Assembly (NCBI GenBank): GCA_051294375.1
Contig: CM119264.1
Location: 7,213,814-7,277,813 of the forward strand
Direction: 5' to 3'
Source of the DNA: Paraspadella gotoi
Lineage: Eukaryota; Animalia; Chaetognatha
DNA length: 64,000 nucleotides
Positions within the stretch are counted from its first letter, which is position 1. Every line of letters begins with the position of its first letter. Of the stretch, positions 47,369 to 63,500 are shown piece by piece. Below the pieces are notes generated by a model. That model did no database searches, had not been told where the DNA came from, and saw nothing but the letters and a program-made list of their open reading frames with translations. The position numbers were made by a program, and so were the translations under genes.

Positions 47369-50300
47369 CGTTGAAAAATAATAATAAAAAAACTTGTCAT
47401 ACTTAGAACACGAAGCAAAATTAGCAAAAAAGGGGAGAACAGATGACACAATGAAGGAAACGAGTCAGATTCTTTGAATAATACTTATTCATAAATTTAA
47501 ACAAATCCAAACAAAAAGATAGAAAGAGAGAGAGATAGAGAACAAAGGAATCTCGCCAACAAACTCGGATCCAAATGACAACAACAACGACGATCCGGTG
47601 GTAGTGCTACTACAAAAAAAAAACCTAATAAAACGCGAATAAAAAAAAATATATCTGACGGCAATAAAAGCATAAAATTGAGATTTTTTTCGTCGTGGGA
47701 TTTTTATTGGTTCGGGAGGCGAAGGAGAGGGCGGCAGTGAGCTCCGCAGCCCCGCAGCCCCGCATCCCAGCACCCCCAAAGCCCCGAGGGTGTGCCGGAG
47801 TGGCGGAGGGAGGGGGGGGCTGGGAGGACGAGTGGGTGGATTCCATGTGTGAGTTTACGTGGGGTTTCCGTGGAAAACCGCAAAAAAAAATAATAACGTT
47901 ATGGAAGATGGAAAATATGAGGGGCAAAAATCTACAAAGATATTCGACTCAACTGAAATTTTTTCAAAAATCTTTTCTTTTTAGATATATTATACATGTA
48001 TAATTGGATATATTATTTTTTTATTATCATGATTCCAGCTAACCAGCGAGAAAGTTAGAAAGGTTAAAGTCAAACATTTAAAAAAAAATTGAAAACAATG
48101 AAAAAAAAAACAACAAAATAGTAACTACATACCAATTTTATGGTAATCTGTCATTGGCCTATTTTTAAAAAAGCTATAAGGAGAAGATATTTTAGTATAA
48201 AAACATCTTTGAATAAATATGAATGTCTTAAAAAAATTTCTTTTTTGTTGGATATCTGGGTCGAAGAAGGTGAAAGAGTTGTAGAGATAAAATGATGAAA
48301 GGTATGAATGGAATGGGAGAAAGAACAAAAGTGTGATGGAATTGTGAAGAGAGAGCTTGGTCTCTGTTTCACTGTCTGTCTTCTCAGATTAATTGGTCAT
48401 TAGGAAGACCACATTTTCGAAAGGACTTCATTTGTTCTTAACAGAAACGATTCAATTGATAGCAAAGTTGAGGCGATTCGTAGATACAAATTTTCTAGGC
48501 GTTACTTTTTTTTTAAAAAAAGAAAGTTTATGAGACTGGAATCCCCAAGAAAAATTACCATCACGATCCCTGCTGGAAAAAAATGAGGAGATTTTGGTTT
48601 CGAGGAGAATATTTGGTTAGAATTCTATGACCACATGACCACGAGTGCAAAGTTATCAATCCTATCCACATTTTGTTAAAACTCGTAGGTGAGTTGTGAT
48701 CTTTTGTTTTTTTTTGTTTGATCTCTCATCACCGAAAATCTCGTAATTTTAATGAATTCTGGACAAAACCACCTGAGACGCAGAAAGGCTGATGGGAATC
48801 GAGTAGGAGGAGAATNNNNNNNNNNNNNNNNNNNNNNNNNNNNNNNNNNNNNNNNNNNNNNNNNNNNNNNNNNNNNNNNNNNNNNNNNNNNNNNNNNNNN
48901 NNNNNNNNNNNNNNNNNNNNNNNNNNNNNNNNNNNNNNNNNNNNNNNNNNNNNNNNATGAATGAATGAATGAATGAATTATTTAATTAATTAATGAATGA
49001 ATGAATAAATGACCTTCTTGTCCCTTTTAACCCTAGTGAATTAGGCTCATTTACATACTCTGCGACCATAAAACGAGTTAATTTTCTTCCGAAGTCGTAA
49101 AGGAAGAAATGAACCAATTTTTTTTTTTCGTTTCAATTTTTTTAAGTTGAGAAATTTTCTTCTAAATTGGAAATAAGAAGAATGATGATGATGACGATGA
49201 TGATGACGATGATGATGATAATGATGATGTTAATAGTTAATATGTATTTATCATATTATCTTTTTTTTATTTCTTTATAAAAATCGAGACCACGATGTAC
49301 TTTAATCTAAAAAAGACAAAAATGATGACGAAATTTTTTTTAAATTTCTTTTTTTTCGTTTCACTTCGTGAGGCTCGAAATAAGGAGCGAAGAAGCGCAC
49401 AGGCAAAGAGCGCTCCTGGGTNNNNNNNNNNTCTCCGCTTGAGCGCGCCACGGCTTCCTTTCTTCGCATAATCAAAACGCGCGAAAAGAAGAAGAAAAGA
49501 GCAATAGGGGTTTAACCGAAAGTAATACGGAAAGAAAAAGATGCTTCCAAATGTAAAAAAAAAAAAAATAATACGTCTTTCAAGAAGCCAATCGTCGGAA
49601 CGAATTTTTTTGCTTTTGCGAGAAATATTGTTGCTTTTCTCCGTTGCTTTCTCCTTGCAACTTCGACTTGGAAGCGCCGGCGCGTAGCACTTTATCCCCG
49701 AGGCTATGTCGGTCCAGGGCCAAGAATAAAAGAAGATTAAACTAGAGGAAGAAAGGGAAGCACGAATATCATGGATTTCTTGAAAATGGAAAAGTTTAAA
49801 GTCAAACATTCGAGAAAGAATAAAATAATTGAAAATGTTCGCTCACTNNNNNNNNNNNNNNNNNNNNNNNNNNNNNNNNNNNNNNNNNNNNNNNNNNNNN
49901 NNNNNNNNNNNNNNNNNNNNNNNNNNNNNNNNNNNNNNNNNNNNNNNNNNNNNNNNNNNNNNNNNNNNNNNNNNNNNNNNNNNNNNNNNNNNNNNNNNNN
50001 NNAGAGAGAGAGACATCTGCAACTTTTCTACTTGCTCGCATCTTAATTCCGTCTTTAGATTTATTTCTCATACCGTTTCTTTTCGCCTTTTTTATTATTT
50101 TTTCCCGTCAGTTGAAATGAGGTTTTTTATCGGATTCTTTATAGAATTTTCACACCTACTCGGCTGGCGGAGAATTTAAAAAAATATTTTACGATGGTGA
50201 AAAAAAACAAACGATAAAAATAAACAACAAAAAACAAAAAACCAAAACTATCGTGATATCTGAAATTCTCCTTTTTTTTTTTACCGATCCGAGAGTTGAG

Positions 50301-52252
50301 TCTTTATTATATTTCTCTAGTCACTATCACCCTATTACTATCACCGTATTACCATAACCGCATTACTCTCAATCTCTATCACTGTATTACTAGAGGTGTT
50401 ACTCTACACTCCTTGCCGCGATATAAGTCTTCCATTTTTAAACTTTTCTTTCGTTTTCTTTTCCGGTTTTTTCCATGTATATATTTTCTTTTCTCCTTTC
50501 TTCAATTTTCTCCTCCATAGTTTTCTCTTTCCTTTTAGACGCCCTTTCCTCTCCTTTCCCTTACATCCTTTTCTTCCCTCCCTCTTTTCTCTCCTCTCTT
50601 TCCTCACCTCTCTATTCTTTCTTTCCTCTACTCCTTTTTCTTTTCTCCTTATCTTCCTCCCCCACCTTCCCCNNNNNNNNNNNNNNNNNNNNNNNNNNNN
50701 NNNNNNNNNNNNNNNNNNNNNNNNNNNNNNNNNNNNNNNNNNNNNNNNNNNNNNNNNNNNNNNNNNNNNNNNNNNNNNNNNNNNNNNNNNNNNNNNNNNN
50801 NNNNNNNNNNNNNNNNNNNNNNNNNNNNNNNNNNNNNNNNNNNNNNNNNNNNNNNNNNNNNNNNNNNNNNNNNNNNNNNNNNNNNNNNNNNNNNNNNNNN
50901 NNNNNNNNNNNNNNNNNNNNNNNNNNNNNNNNNNNNNNNNNNNNNNNNNNNNNNNNNCCTCGAAAAGTCGACGCCGAATTTACTTTTCTATCTCGATTTT
51001 CATTTTTAGATTCCCGCTTCGTTTTGTGGTCGTAAACAGGTTGTGGTCGTTGTTGTCGTTGTTGTTCGAGTGGTTCATGTTGGTAATGTTTATTGGTGGT
51101 CACTGGTAACTACTGAGTGATTGGATGATTGAGTGGGTTTGATTTAATTAATTATTAATTATTATTAATTATTATTAATTATTAATTATTAAGTCCAAGT
51201 TTCTCTCGCTCTTCTAAAACCGTTCAGGGAAAAACTNNNNNNNNNNNNNNNNNNNNNNNNNNNNNNNNNNNNNNNNNNNNNNNNNNNNNNNNNNNNNNNN
51301 NNNNNNNNNNNNNNNNNNNNNNNNNNNNNNNNNNNNNNNNNNNNNNNNNNNNNNNNNNNNNNNNNNNNNNNNNNNNNNNAAATAAATAGCTTGTTGACTC
51401 CAAATCCTCCGTTCGTTGCTTCTTTAAATTTCATCCGTTTTTTTTAGCGACGACAAAAAATCGTTCCTTTCCTGTTATTTCGGTTGACGGCCTAGAAACC
51501 GTCGTTGTTGTTCTTGTTGTTATTGTTGTAGTAAGTCCTTGTTTTTATTACCGGGATGCCTTGCGTCTGTTAAAAGTAAACAGTCGCAAAGGGCAATGCT
51601 TAGATATTTGGAAAGCTCATCTAAAGTAGATCTTTGACATGAAGCAACATATGACTAAGCAAAAAGCTTCGATAAATATCGCTTAAAACTAATTAGATAA
51701 CATAAAAAGTTTAGTTGAAGCTTAGTATTATAACTTTAATTTATATATTTTTTATCATAGAGAGCGATATAGCTCATTGCAAGTTTCCGAAATCTTTTGG
51801 TGATCAAGGACTTCATGTGTTCTTCCAAAAAAATATTATTACCATTATCATCTATATTTTTTTTCAGATTAGAATACCTACTTTAGTCTAATTCAATTTT
51901 AATGTAACCCAATTAAATCTAATCGACTTCGTTCAAATCGAATTTTGTTTCGCAAATGAAACAAATTAGTATTTCTTTTGACTTTGTTTAGTTAAGGTTA
52001 AACGGAAGAAGCGGCGGAGCTAATCACGTGATTTTTCTTTCCCCATTTCCTTTCTTCCTCCTTCGCCCGTCTTTCTTCTTTACGTTTCTATCTTCTATCT
52101 CTGTCTTTTTCTATCCCGGACATCTGTATTTTTCTTCTATCCCTTCGTTCTTTCTTCCTCTCTCTTTCCCATTATCTTATTTCTTTCCCTCTATTTCCTC
52201 TATTCTCCCGCCTTCCACCCCTTTCTTCCAACTCCCCCCCCCCACCCCCCAG

Positions 52253-52419
52253 AATTCCGGAGTGAACTTCAACCCTGCCTCCTTTTTCGGCAACACCCTG
52301 GAGGGAATCATGGATCTGCAGGGGGAGCAATTCCCCGATCGACGGCTGCCCTGGGTGCAGACTACGCTCACGGAAGCTCTGTTGCAGAGGAACGGGGCAT
52401 CGGCCGAGGGCATTTTTAG
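52253..52419 (+). CDS. ARHGAP39: ARHGAP39/Vilse-like RhoGAP, first visible exon of the GAP domain
   Basis: AG...GTAAGG exon encoding NSGVNFNPASFFGNTLEGIMDLQGEQFPDRRLPWVQTTLTEALLQRNGASAEGIFR. The FG..L...LPWVQT.L...NG...EGIFR pattern is characteristic of ARHGAP39/RhoGAP93B and includes the arginine finger. Confidence 0.88.
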
Positions 52420-52677
52420 GTAAGGCGCTTGGATGAAACGACAATTTTTTTCAATATCTTCGTGAATTTCGGTGAATTTATAACAAACCCAATCCCGAGA
52501 AAATCCCTGTTTTCACTCAATTAATTTCCTTAAAGTTTTTCACCAAAAGAATATATAAAAGTTAATTTTTAAAATTTTTTATGGTTTAAAGTTTTAAAAA
52601 AATGGATTTATTGTTTGTTTGTTTGTCTCTCCTTCGTTGCTCCTTTGTTCGGGAGAGAATTTTTTTTTCGCCGTCGA

Positions 52678-52772
<95 letters not shown>

Positions 52773-52939
52773 CTGCCTCTCTCTGTCTCGCTTTCTATCC
52801 ATCTCTCTTACTCTCTCCCATTCTCTAACGGTCTCTCTTTTCTTTTTTTATTTCTCCACCTCTTCTCCCCTCCCCCATTTCTTGCTTTCCCTCCTCTCTT
52901 TCCTACACCTTTCTTCTTTCATTGCTACTTCCTTGCTTA

Positions 52940-52986
<47 letters not shown>

Positions 52987-53938
52987 TTTTTCCATTTTCT
53001 TCTCTCTCCGTCTAAGAAAAAAAAAAAAATTCTCCCGTCTCGGAATCGAACCCATGACTATAAATCAAAGACGAATGGAAAAATGGGTAAACACATCAAC
53101 CAAGACTCAATGGCTAACGTTTCCATAGAAACGCGACGTTTCTATGGGAACCGCGGACGCCCGCCCATCGCGAGGCGAACGCCCCTCATCACTTCCGCTC
53201 CATGCGATCCGCCCACATTACCTACATTTGCTTACCAAACTCGTACATTGCTTACATTGCTTCTGGCAATTGTTTGAGTACCTTTCCCCTTTGATTCACT
53301 CACGGCGTGAGTCACGCATCTTCTTATTCGTCTATTTATATATTTATATATATATATATCTATCTATCTCTCTGACTGAAATAAGCCTTTTGAACTTACA
53401 GTTTTTTTCGCTGTTGGTTGTTTTCCCGTTTTTCTATTCATCATTGGTTGTCGACTCGAAGGAATCATGTTACTAATTAATTGATTTATTTTTTCGAAAA
53501 TTTTACGTCTAATTTTCTTAATATTCTAAATTTTACGATTTGTTATCACGAAAGGAAGGCGAATGGAGTACATAAAACCTTAACAAAACTTTAAACCAAA
53601 ATAATCTTAACTAAAGCGTAATTAGATTAAAAGATAGAATCACCCACCTTTCGATTTTACTTCACACTGACTGACTGACTGACCCGATTTGACTCAAGAG
53701 TCCCGACCTTCGTGATGGTTCGTCTCGCTCTCTCTTTTTCTTCTCTCTCAGTTTCTGTCTCTCTTTCTCTCCTTCCTTCTATTTTTCATTGTTAAAAGAG
53801 TTAAGATTTCCCACGAGAGTAAAAAGCTAATAAAAGTAGTCTGACGTTGACTGATGCGCGGAATAAGATAAGGGTGAGGGAAAGGTGAGGTAATAGAGAG
53901 AGAGAGAGAGAGANNNNNNNNNNNNNNNNNNNNNNNNN

Positions 53939-53987
<49 letters not shown>

Positions 53988-54316
53988 AGAGAAGAGACAC
54001 CGATTGTAAAAGCGCTCAACGAGATTACCTAAGAATGGATCAAATGAAAACTAAAATCCTTTTCGATCCGAAAAGAGAGCAGAAAAAAAAAAAACTGTTT
54101 CGGATCATTTAAAAAAAATCCGAATGCCCACCGGAATCATTCCGACTTTCTTTTGTCCTGCAGAAATAGAGGACATCGAGCCTCACCTAAGACACCGCAG
54201 CGGACAAACTCACTCTATCAGAGCGGTAAGTCGGTGTTTTATTTCGAAGAAATTCCAACTTTGCAGGAGCGGCTTTCCTCTTGATTTTAGTGGAATCAGC
54301 TGGGTAATGTCTCTCA

Positions 54317-54370
<54 letters not shown>

Positions 54371-56031
54371 CTCTCTCTCTTTATTTCTTTTTCTCGCCGT
54401 TACTATGCAAACCATCATGGACCGACGGGGTGCTTTTCCGCCCTTGGTGGCGTCGGCCGGCGTGAAAAAATCCTTGAAAGTGGTTTTCAGCAGAGAGAAA
54501 AAACGGTTGGCACTCCGTTCTTACGCCATTTTAGAGAGAGAGAGAGAGACGGAGAGAGAGAGAGATGAGAGAGAGAGAAAAGAGAGAGAGATGATGCGAT
54601 GACGGAGAGAGATTGAGGAGAGAGAAGAGAGAGAGAGAGACCGACCGAAGAGAGAGAGAGCAGAGAGACAGACGCAGCAAACGAGGAAAGAAGAAGCAAA
54701 ATTAGACCTTCCATTCGGATCGAAAAGGCTGTCGTTTTTTTAAAGTTTTTGTCTTTGCGTTTCACCATAGTTTTTGTAGCGAATCTCGGCTCTATAATTC
54801 ACTTTGTGGGTCCGTGGTCCGTCGCTTAGTCGCTTAAGGAAACTTAGATCATGTCAGAAACATGGACCTTTATGATGTATTATGGTCCGTCTTTCCGTCC
54901 CCCATTAGATTTGAACGCCAATTACTCATGAGTATATGGGGTGATTAACTTAAAAATTGTGTATGTGGGTAGAAAAGTGTATGATTTTAGCTGGAAATCA
55001 ATTTTCAATGAAATCTCCTCCCAGTGGAATGGGTTTAAATGAAAAAAACAAAAAACGGTCTTAAAATAATTATTTACTTTTTTATATTAACTAATTAAAC
55101 TAATTAACTAGTAACTAATTAATTTTTCATTGATTAATTGGTCAATCAATCAATTTATAACTAATTAATCAATCAATTCAATAAATGATTAATCAATCAA
55201 CCAATCAATAATTAATTATTAATTTAATAATTAAATTATTTCCCGCTATTCATCGTCGATTTTTATTACAGGTTTGTATAGTATTTATTTTAGTTGCCAT
55301 TGATAGTAGTAATCAAATCCTAGAAGTCCGGCAACTTGAGATACAAATACTCTCGTAATTTTTTTAAAGAAAATAGTTGTTTTTCGAGTCTTCTCCATCC
55401 TTCTTTTACATTGTATTTTCTTGTTGTTCTTTTTCTATTCAAAATTCTTTCTTCATCAATCCCGCTCGGACGCGGCCTCTGCAGTCGAGCCTTTTCCACG
55501 AAAACTGATTCATTTTTTTGAGCGAGCAAAAAAAAAAAAAGGATTTTTTTCAAACTTTTGTTTTTCCACTTGAAATTAAGTCTTGTTTTTTCTCTCTTTT
55601 TGTTTCAAGCTGATTATATTCGCCGACGATGATTGATTTTTGTTTTTTCTCATTTTTTTTCTTTTCAAACCGCGCTCGGCGCTCACTTGACCCCCGCCCC
55701 CCCGTTTCAAAAGAATAAAACTTTTCGAATTATAATTAATGACTGGGCTTCCATTAAATAGCCGTGAGTTAATTGTTTTCCTTCGTCGGCTTTAACTCCC
55801 GGCTGTTTTGGAATTGATTTATTAGCTTATTATGTGCAAGAAATAAATTGTTTTTGTCCTACAAACTTATTTGAGATAATTTGACTAAAAAACACGGAAT
55901 GAAAAACATGTGATTCTCGGTCGTTTCCGGGGCTAAAAAACCTGGCGATAATGTTGACGTTATTTATAGTGTATAAATTAGAAAAAAAGCGTCGGGATTG
56001 TAATAAAAATCTTTTTATTTTTATCCCCCAG

Positions 56032-57051
56032 AATTCCTTGGACATTGGAAAAAGTGGAATCACCTCAAGTGCCCCTATGGAATGGCCTGGAAACGCCCCG
56101 GCCGAGGCGGAATCATGCTCACGTCATGCCTCTCTGCTTCAACACTGTCGGTACAGGGGAAATTTGGCTGAACCGCTGGCTGCCATCTCGCTTTTGACAA
56201 GTAAGACAAAACAAAAATTAGCAGCCTAAGATGCAGCTTTCGAATGGTCTTTTCGACATTAGGCCTTTAAGGAGTCAAATATTTCAGAGATTTTATTTGT
56301 TTCATTATTGTTTAAATTAAATTGTTTATAATTTAATAATTTATATATTTTGGGCATTGATTATATTTTCCACCACTGCCCGTGAAAGAGCGCCGACCAG
56401 GCCCCACGAGCGATTAGACAAAGTAGTTAAAAGCAACTCCCAGCTCTAAACAAACTTGCTGCTTAGTTACCTCATACGTTTCTTCAGCGCTTCGTTGTTT
56501 AATCATCGTGATATAAAATATAAATTAAAAAAAAGAATTATTAACAAAAAAGAAACTTATTATAAATTTTGTTATAATAAACAAAATTTTATTAAAATAC
56601 AGTTATATATAACTTAAAAAGTTTGCAACGCATAAAATTTGAATAAAAAAAAATTGCAGACGAACATTAATCTTGGCAGGTTTGCTGGCTATCTCCGGAA
56701 ACGTAGGCAAAACGGGGAGTGGACGTGGACAACATTTCCATGGTTGATGGCACCAACAACCTAAACGTGCCTCAAGGTAAAAAAAAAACAAACCATAATC
56801 GATCTATGCCTAAGAAAAAGTGGGAAAAACAAAAAAAAATTCAATAATTTGGGTTCATCGAATTGGAGAAAAATACTCAAGAGAATTTAATATTTAAAAC
56901 TCTGCTCGTCCTGTTGAATTTTACGTTTTCTTTATGCCGAACTCTGATCGATCCTTAAAACCATTTTTCAAAAGCGAGAAGAGAAAATGGTTTTCGTGCG
57001 AACTTTAATCCTCCACATGCGACACGACTTTTATGGAAGGAGTCCTTGTGC
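56032..57051 (+). other. Indel-corrupted duplicate of the four terminal RhoGAP exons; likely erroneous read copy rather than a true pseudogene
   Basis: Segments ~56032-56200, 56373-56487, 56680-56776 and 56936-57051 match 61264-62214 apart from frameshifting indels, with few substitutions. Confidence 0.75.
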
Positions 57052-59612
57052 ATTCGACTCGAAAGTGCGCATGGCTGTGAATGGCATGTCTTCGACCAAG
57101 CATTGGATACAATTTCAAGGGGACTCCGTCCTCGACTCTTCTTCACAAAGATAGGATGCTTCTATCATTGCTCAGCTCCAGCATTAAATTGACAGATGCA
57201 AAACACTCTGCTCAAAATATCAGCATATTTAATTCAGCGTAAGGAAAGATAACGTAAAGAAAAAATATAAAAACACCAAAAAAAAATTTAATAAAAGGAA
57301 AAAAATTATTTTCAGTTGAAATAATCAATCCGATTTCCTCCTGTATTAGTAGTAGGCGAGTGTCGTAGTCTTCATACGTCGTCGCCGTAAGTTTTAGCTG
57401 CAATCGATGATGAAAACACGAAAAGTTCGAACACCTGCTGATTATGAGCTGAGATCGAACTTATCAAAAGTCGAATTTGACAATTTTTTTTCATTCCCAA
57501 AATCATGAAATCCTATCTTGCTAGATGCCCCACAACGCTCTAATTCTAGAAATAGGACGCTAAAAGCATGGCGAGTGTGTCCCTAGCGATTTCGGTTTAA
57601 AACGCTGTACGGCAACTGATTTGTCAAATGAGGGATCGCAGAGAGGCGACAATTATTAATAGCGCATTAAGCCATTGAACGCTTACGTCGGTAATTGTTG
57701 AAGGACGTGAGACCAGGGTTGGTGCATGTTGAAGGATGTGAAGTACGCACAGGGGACTGAAAATGGCGAATCGTTCCATCGAACGGATGTGCGAATGGCT
57801 GGAAGCACGAAGCTTGGTGGCTCGGCAGTTCAGACTGGTTGAGAGAGATAGAGAGAGAGAGACGAGAGCATGCGTCATTCTTAATGCTTGCTTCACTCCT
57901 CTACCTTATCGAGTTGTTGTTTTTCCTCTTTCCTCCTTTCCTCCCTGAGTTCTCTCCTCCAACGAGACTCCATCCAAGGACGTAATTTCCGTCAGCTTAT
58001 GACCATCGAATTTTCGCGCTTCGGTCCTTTAGCTCGTCAAACAATAAAAACAAATATAAACAGAGGCGAATGCTACAACAAAAAATATAGCGAAAAAAAA
58101 AAGCTTTAAATTTGATAGAATTAAGTTTAATTTTAAACTAGTCATTAATCGATTTAATTATAACATTGATACTGTGAAAATGTACTTATTTAATGAAAGA
58201 TTAGATGCAGATTAGAGCTTGGACAATAATACAATAATGTAATACACGAAGAGTTAAACTCGATTCGACTTTTCTTCTGGTGGATTCGCTTACGATTTCT
58301 CGCTTCCTTTTTCGCATTTTATCCGATTGGGAATTACTTCTTCGCCACGGAGTTTCTTCTTCCCGATCGCTGCGTCTTTTGTCGAATGTTTATTTTATTC
58401 TGTTTCGTAATGTTTTTTCTTCGGCGGAAATAATTCACAAAAATTGTTTTCTGTCTAGAAAATTAATGAGGATCCGAAACGAGGATTTTAAGATCCGAGT
58501 TTTTTAAAAGAATTTTTTTAAAATATAACGATTAGCATGGCGGGAACTTATTATTCAATTTGATGACGTTGCTAAAGATTTATTACATTTAATATGTTTA
58601 CGATAGTAAAGACCTCATTTGAGAGCCCATCCCATTATTATATGAACGATAAATTTCATTTATCGTTTCACATATATTTCGTTGTTCATAGATAGAAGAT
58701 AGATTTTTTTGTAATTATTTTTCGTATTGACATCAATCTTAAAAAAAACCGCTTTCTTTCTACCCAAATTGTTTTCTCCGTTGCACGGACGATCTTTCTC
58801 GCCTTTTCGCGTTTGTGTTGTAAAGATTCATCTAAAATTTTCGAGTGTTGTCATAAGTTTATTTTATGAAATACAAAACAGTTTCATCGGGAAAAAAAAA
58901 AAATTGTTTAATTATTAGCCGAACATAGAAGAAGACAGAAATTAATTTTATAAAAGGACTATCTATACATAATCTCTCGCGAACTACAATTCGAATGTCT
59001 AGAGAAAAAGTAAATTTTGTAGCTGCTCCCTTTCCGTGGATGAGTTTTTGAATCATTGCACTCCCTCAAACAATTACGCGAAACTTCCTCTCAAATTCAA
59101 TTTGCCATTACTTCACTACTACCGAATTAGGATTCAGATAATAAATCCGATAATGTGTGTTCAGGTAAAGCACTGACGAAGAACGAAATGCACGTTCGAA
59201 ACATGTCTTGCTGTTATAAAAAAATAAAATTCGTGTGAAAAACTAAAAAAAAATTGTTATTTCGCTCTAATCATCTCTCTCTTTTAGAGAGAGAGAGAGA
59301 GAGACACCGATGTAAAGCGCTCAACCGAGATTACCGAAGAATGGATCAATGAAAAACCTAAAATCCTTTCGATCCCGAGAAAAGAGAGGAAAAAAAAAAC
59401 TGTTTCGGATTCATTTAAAAAAAATCCGAATCCCACCCGAATCCCGACTTTCTTTTTCCTGAGAAATAGAGGAATCGAGCCTCACCTAAGACACCGCAGC
59501 GACAAACTCACTCTAATCGAGGGTAAGGTCGGGTTTTATCTTCGAAGAAATCAACTTTGCAGGAGCGGCTTTCCTCTTGATTTTAGTGGAATCAGCTGGG
59601 TAATGTCTCTCA

Positions 59613-59666
<54 letters not shown>

Positions 59667-61263
59667 CTCTCTCTCTTTATTTCTTTTTCTCGCCGTTACT
59701 ATGCAAACCATCATGGACCGACGGGGTGCTTTTCCGCCCTTGGTGGCGTCGGCCGGCGTGAAAAAATCCTTGAAAGTGGTTTTCAGCAGAGAGAAAAAAC
59801 GGTTGGCACTCCGTTCTTACGCCATTTTAGAGAGAGAGAGAGAGACGGAGAGAGAGAGAGATGAGAGAGAGAGAAAAGAGAGAGAGATGATGCGATGACG
59901 GAGAGAGATTGAGGAGAGAGAAGAGAGAGAGAGAGACCGACCGAAGAGAGAGAGAGCAGAGAGACAGACGCAGCAAACGAGGAAAGAAGAAGCAAAATTA
60001 GACCTTCCATTCGGATCGAAAAGGCTGTCGTTTTTTTAAAGTGTTTAGTCTTTGCGATTCACATAGTTTTTTAGCCGAATCTCGGCTCTATAATTCACTT
60101 TGTGGGTCCGTTGGTCCGTCGCTTGTCAGAACATAGACCTATGATGTATCATGTCCGTCTTTCCGTCCCCCCTTAGATTTGAACGCCAATTACTCATGAG
60201 TATATGGGGTGATTAACTTAAAATTTTGTATGTGGGTAGAAAAGTGTATGATTTAGCTGGAAATCAATTTTCAATGAAATCGCCCCAGTGGAATGGGTTT
60301 AAATGAAAAAAACAAAAAACGTCTTAAAATAATTATACTTTTTTATATCAAATATAAATGCATGCTGCGTTAATTAATTAATTTTTCCATTGATTAATTG
60401 GTCAATCAATCAACTTATAAACTAATTAATTAATCAATCAATAAATGAATTAATCAATCAACCAATCAATAAATTAATTATTAATTATAATAATTAAATT
60501 AATTCCCGCTATTCATCGTCGATTTTTATTACAGGTTTGTATAGTATTTATGTTTAGTGCCATTTGAAGTAGTAATCAAATCCTAGAAGGTCGCAACTTG
60601 AGAGACAAAATACTCTCGTAATTTTTTTTAAAGAAAATAGTTGTTTTTCGATCTCTCCATCCTTCTTTTACATTTTATTTTCTTTCGTTGTCTTTTTCTA
60701 TTCAAAATACTTCTTCATCAATCCCGCTCGGAGCGGCCTCTGGCTTCGTGCCTTTCACGAAAAACTTTCATTTTTTTTGAGCGAGCAAAAAAAAAGATTT
60801 TTTTTTACTTTGTTTTTCCACTTGAAAATTAAGTCTTGTTTTTCTCTCTTTTGTTTCAAGCTGATTATATTCGCCGACGATGATGATTTTTTGTTTTTTC
60901 TCATTTTTTTTTTCAACCGCGCTCGGCGCTCACTTGACGCACGTTTCAAAAGAATAAAACTTTTTCGAATTATAATTAATGACTGGCTTCACATTAAATA
61001 GCCGTGCAGTTAATTGTTTCCTCGTCGGCTATTAACTCCCGGCTGTTTGGAATTAATTTATTAGCTTATTATCAAAATAATTGTTTTTGGCCCTACAAAC
61101 TTATTTTGAGATAATTTGACTAAAACACGGAAATGAAAAACAGTGATTCTCGGTTCCGTTTCGGGGCTAAAAACCTGCGATAATGTTGACAGTTATTATA
61201 GTTATAATTTAGAAAAAAAGCGTCGGGATTTAAATAAAAATCTTTTTATTTTTTATCCCCCAG

Positions 61264-62214
<951 letters not shown>

Positions 62215-62645
62215 TTCGACTCGAAAGTGCCATGGCTGTGAATGGCATGTCTTCGATCCAAGCATTGGATACAATCGAAGGGGAGCTCCGTCCTCGACTT
62301 TCTTCTTCACGAAAGATAGGATGCTTCTATCATTGCCAGCTCCAGCATTAAATTGACAGATGCAACACTCGCTCAAAATGAGCATATTTAATTCAAGCGT
62401 AAGGAAATATAACGTAAAGAAAAATATAAAAACACCAAAAAAAAATTTAATAAAAGAAAAAAAATATTTTCAAGTTGAAATATCAATCCGATTCCTCCTC
62501 GTATTCGTAGTAGGCGATGTCGTAGTCTTCGTCGTCGCCGTATTTAGCTGCAATCGGATGAAACACGAAAAGTCGAACACTGCTGATTATGAGCTGAGAT
62601 CTGAACTTATCAAAAGTCGAATTTGACAATTTTTTTCATTCCAAA

Positions 62646-63500
62646 TCATGAAATCCTATTTGTTAGATCGCCCCACAACGCTCTAATTCGAGAATAGGAC
62701 GCTAAAAGCGGGATTTCCCTAGCAATTTCGGTAAAACGCTACGGCAACTGATTGTCAATGAGGGATCGGCAGAGAGGCGACAATTATTAATAGCGCATTA
62801 AGCCATTAACGCTTACGTCGGTAATTGTTGAAGGAGTGAGACCAGGGTTGGTGATGGTTGAAGGAGTGAAGGACGCACAGGACGAAGATGGCGAGAATCG
62901 TCCATCGAACGATGCTGCGAATGGCTTGGAAGACGAAGCTTGGTGGCTCGGGTTCAGACTGAGTGAGAGAGAGAGATAGAGAGAGAGAGAGCATTGCGGC
63001 ATTCTAATGCTGCTCCACTCCTCAACCTTATCGAGTTGTTGTTTTTCCTCTTCCTCCCTTTCCTCCCTGAGTTTCTCCTCCAACGAGACTTCCATCCAGG
63101 GACGTAATTCCGTCAGCTTATGACCATCGAATTCTTCGCGCTTCGGTCCTTAGCGTCAACAATAAAAACAAATATAAACAGAGGCGAAGCTACAACAAAA
63201 AAATATAGGAAAAAAAAAAAGCTTTAAATTTGAATAGAATTAAAGTTTAATTTAAACTAGTCATTATCGATTTAATTATAACATTGATACGTGAAAATGT
63301 ACTTATTTAATGAAAGATTAAATGCAGTATAGAGCTTGACAATAATACAATAATGTAATACACGAAGAGTTAAACTCGATCGACTTTTTCTGGTGGATTC
63401 GCTTACGATTTCTCGCTCCTTTTCGCATTTTATCCGATTGGGAATTACTTCTTCGCCACGGAGTTTCTTCTTTCCCGATCGGCTGCGTCTTTTGTCGAAT
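62646..63500 (-). CDS. 3' exons of an unidentified convergent gene (acidic coiled-coil-like stretch plus one predicted transmembrane segment)
   Basis: Exons ~63500-63407, 63148-63027 (PKREEFDGHKLTELRPWMEVSLEEKLREEREEEEKQQLDK), 62958-62817 (SEPEPPSFVFQAIRSIVRWTILAIFVLCVLHSF...) and 62747-62646. All GT-AG with compatible phases. The last exon needs a 2-nt correction that is present in the duplicate copy near 57610. Confidence 0.5.

Noticed and set aside
53030-53062. tRNA-like B-box (GGTTCGATTCC, minus strand) followed by a T-run
   Set aside because: No A-box or cloverleaf upstream; too short to call.
56032-57051. Tandemly duplicated alternative RhoGAP 3' exons or a pseudogene
   Set aside because: Differences are almost all indels spread evenly over exons and introns, as expected from an unpolished long read.
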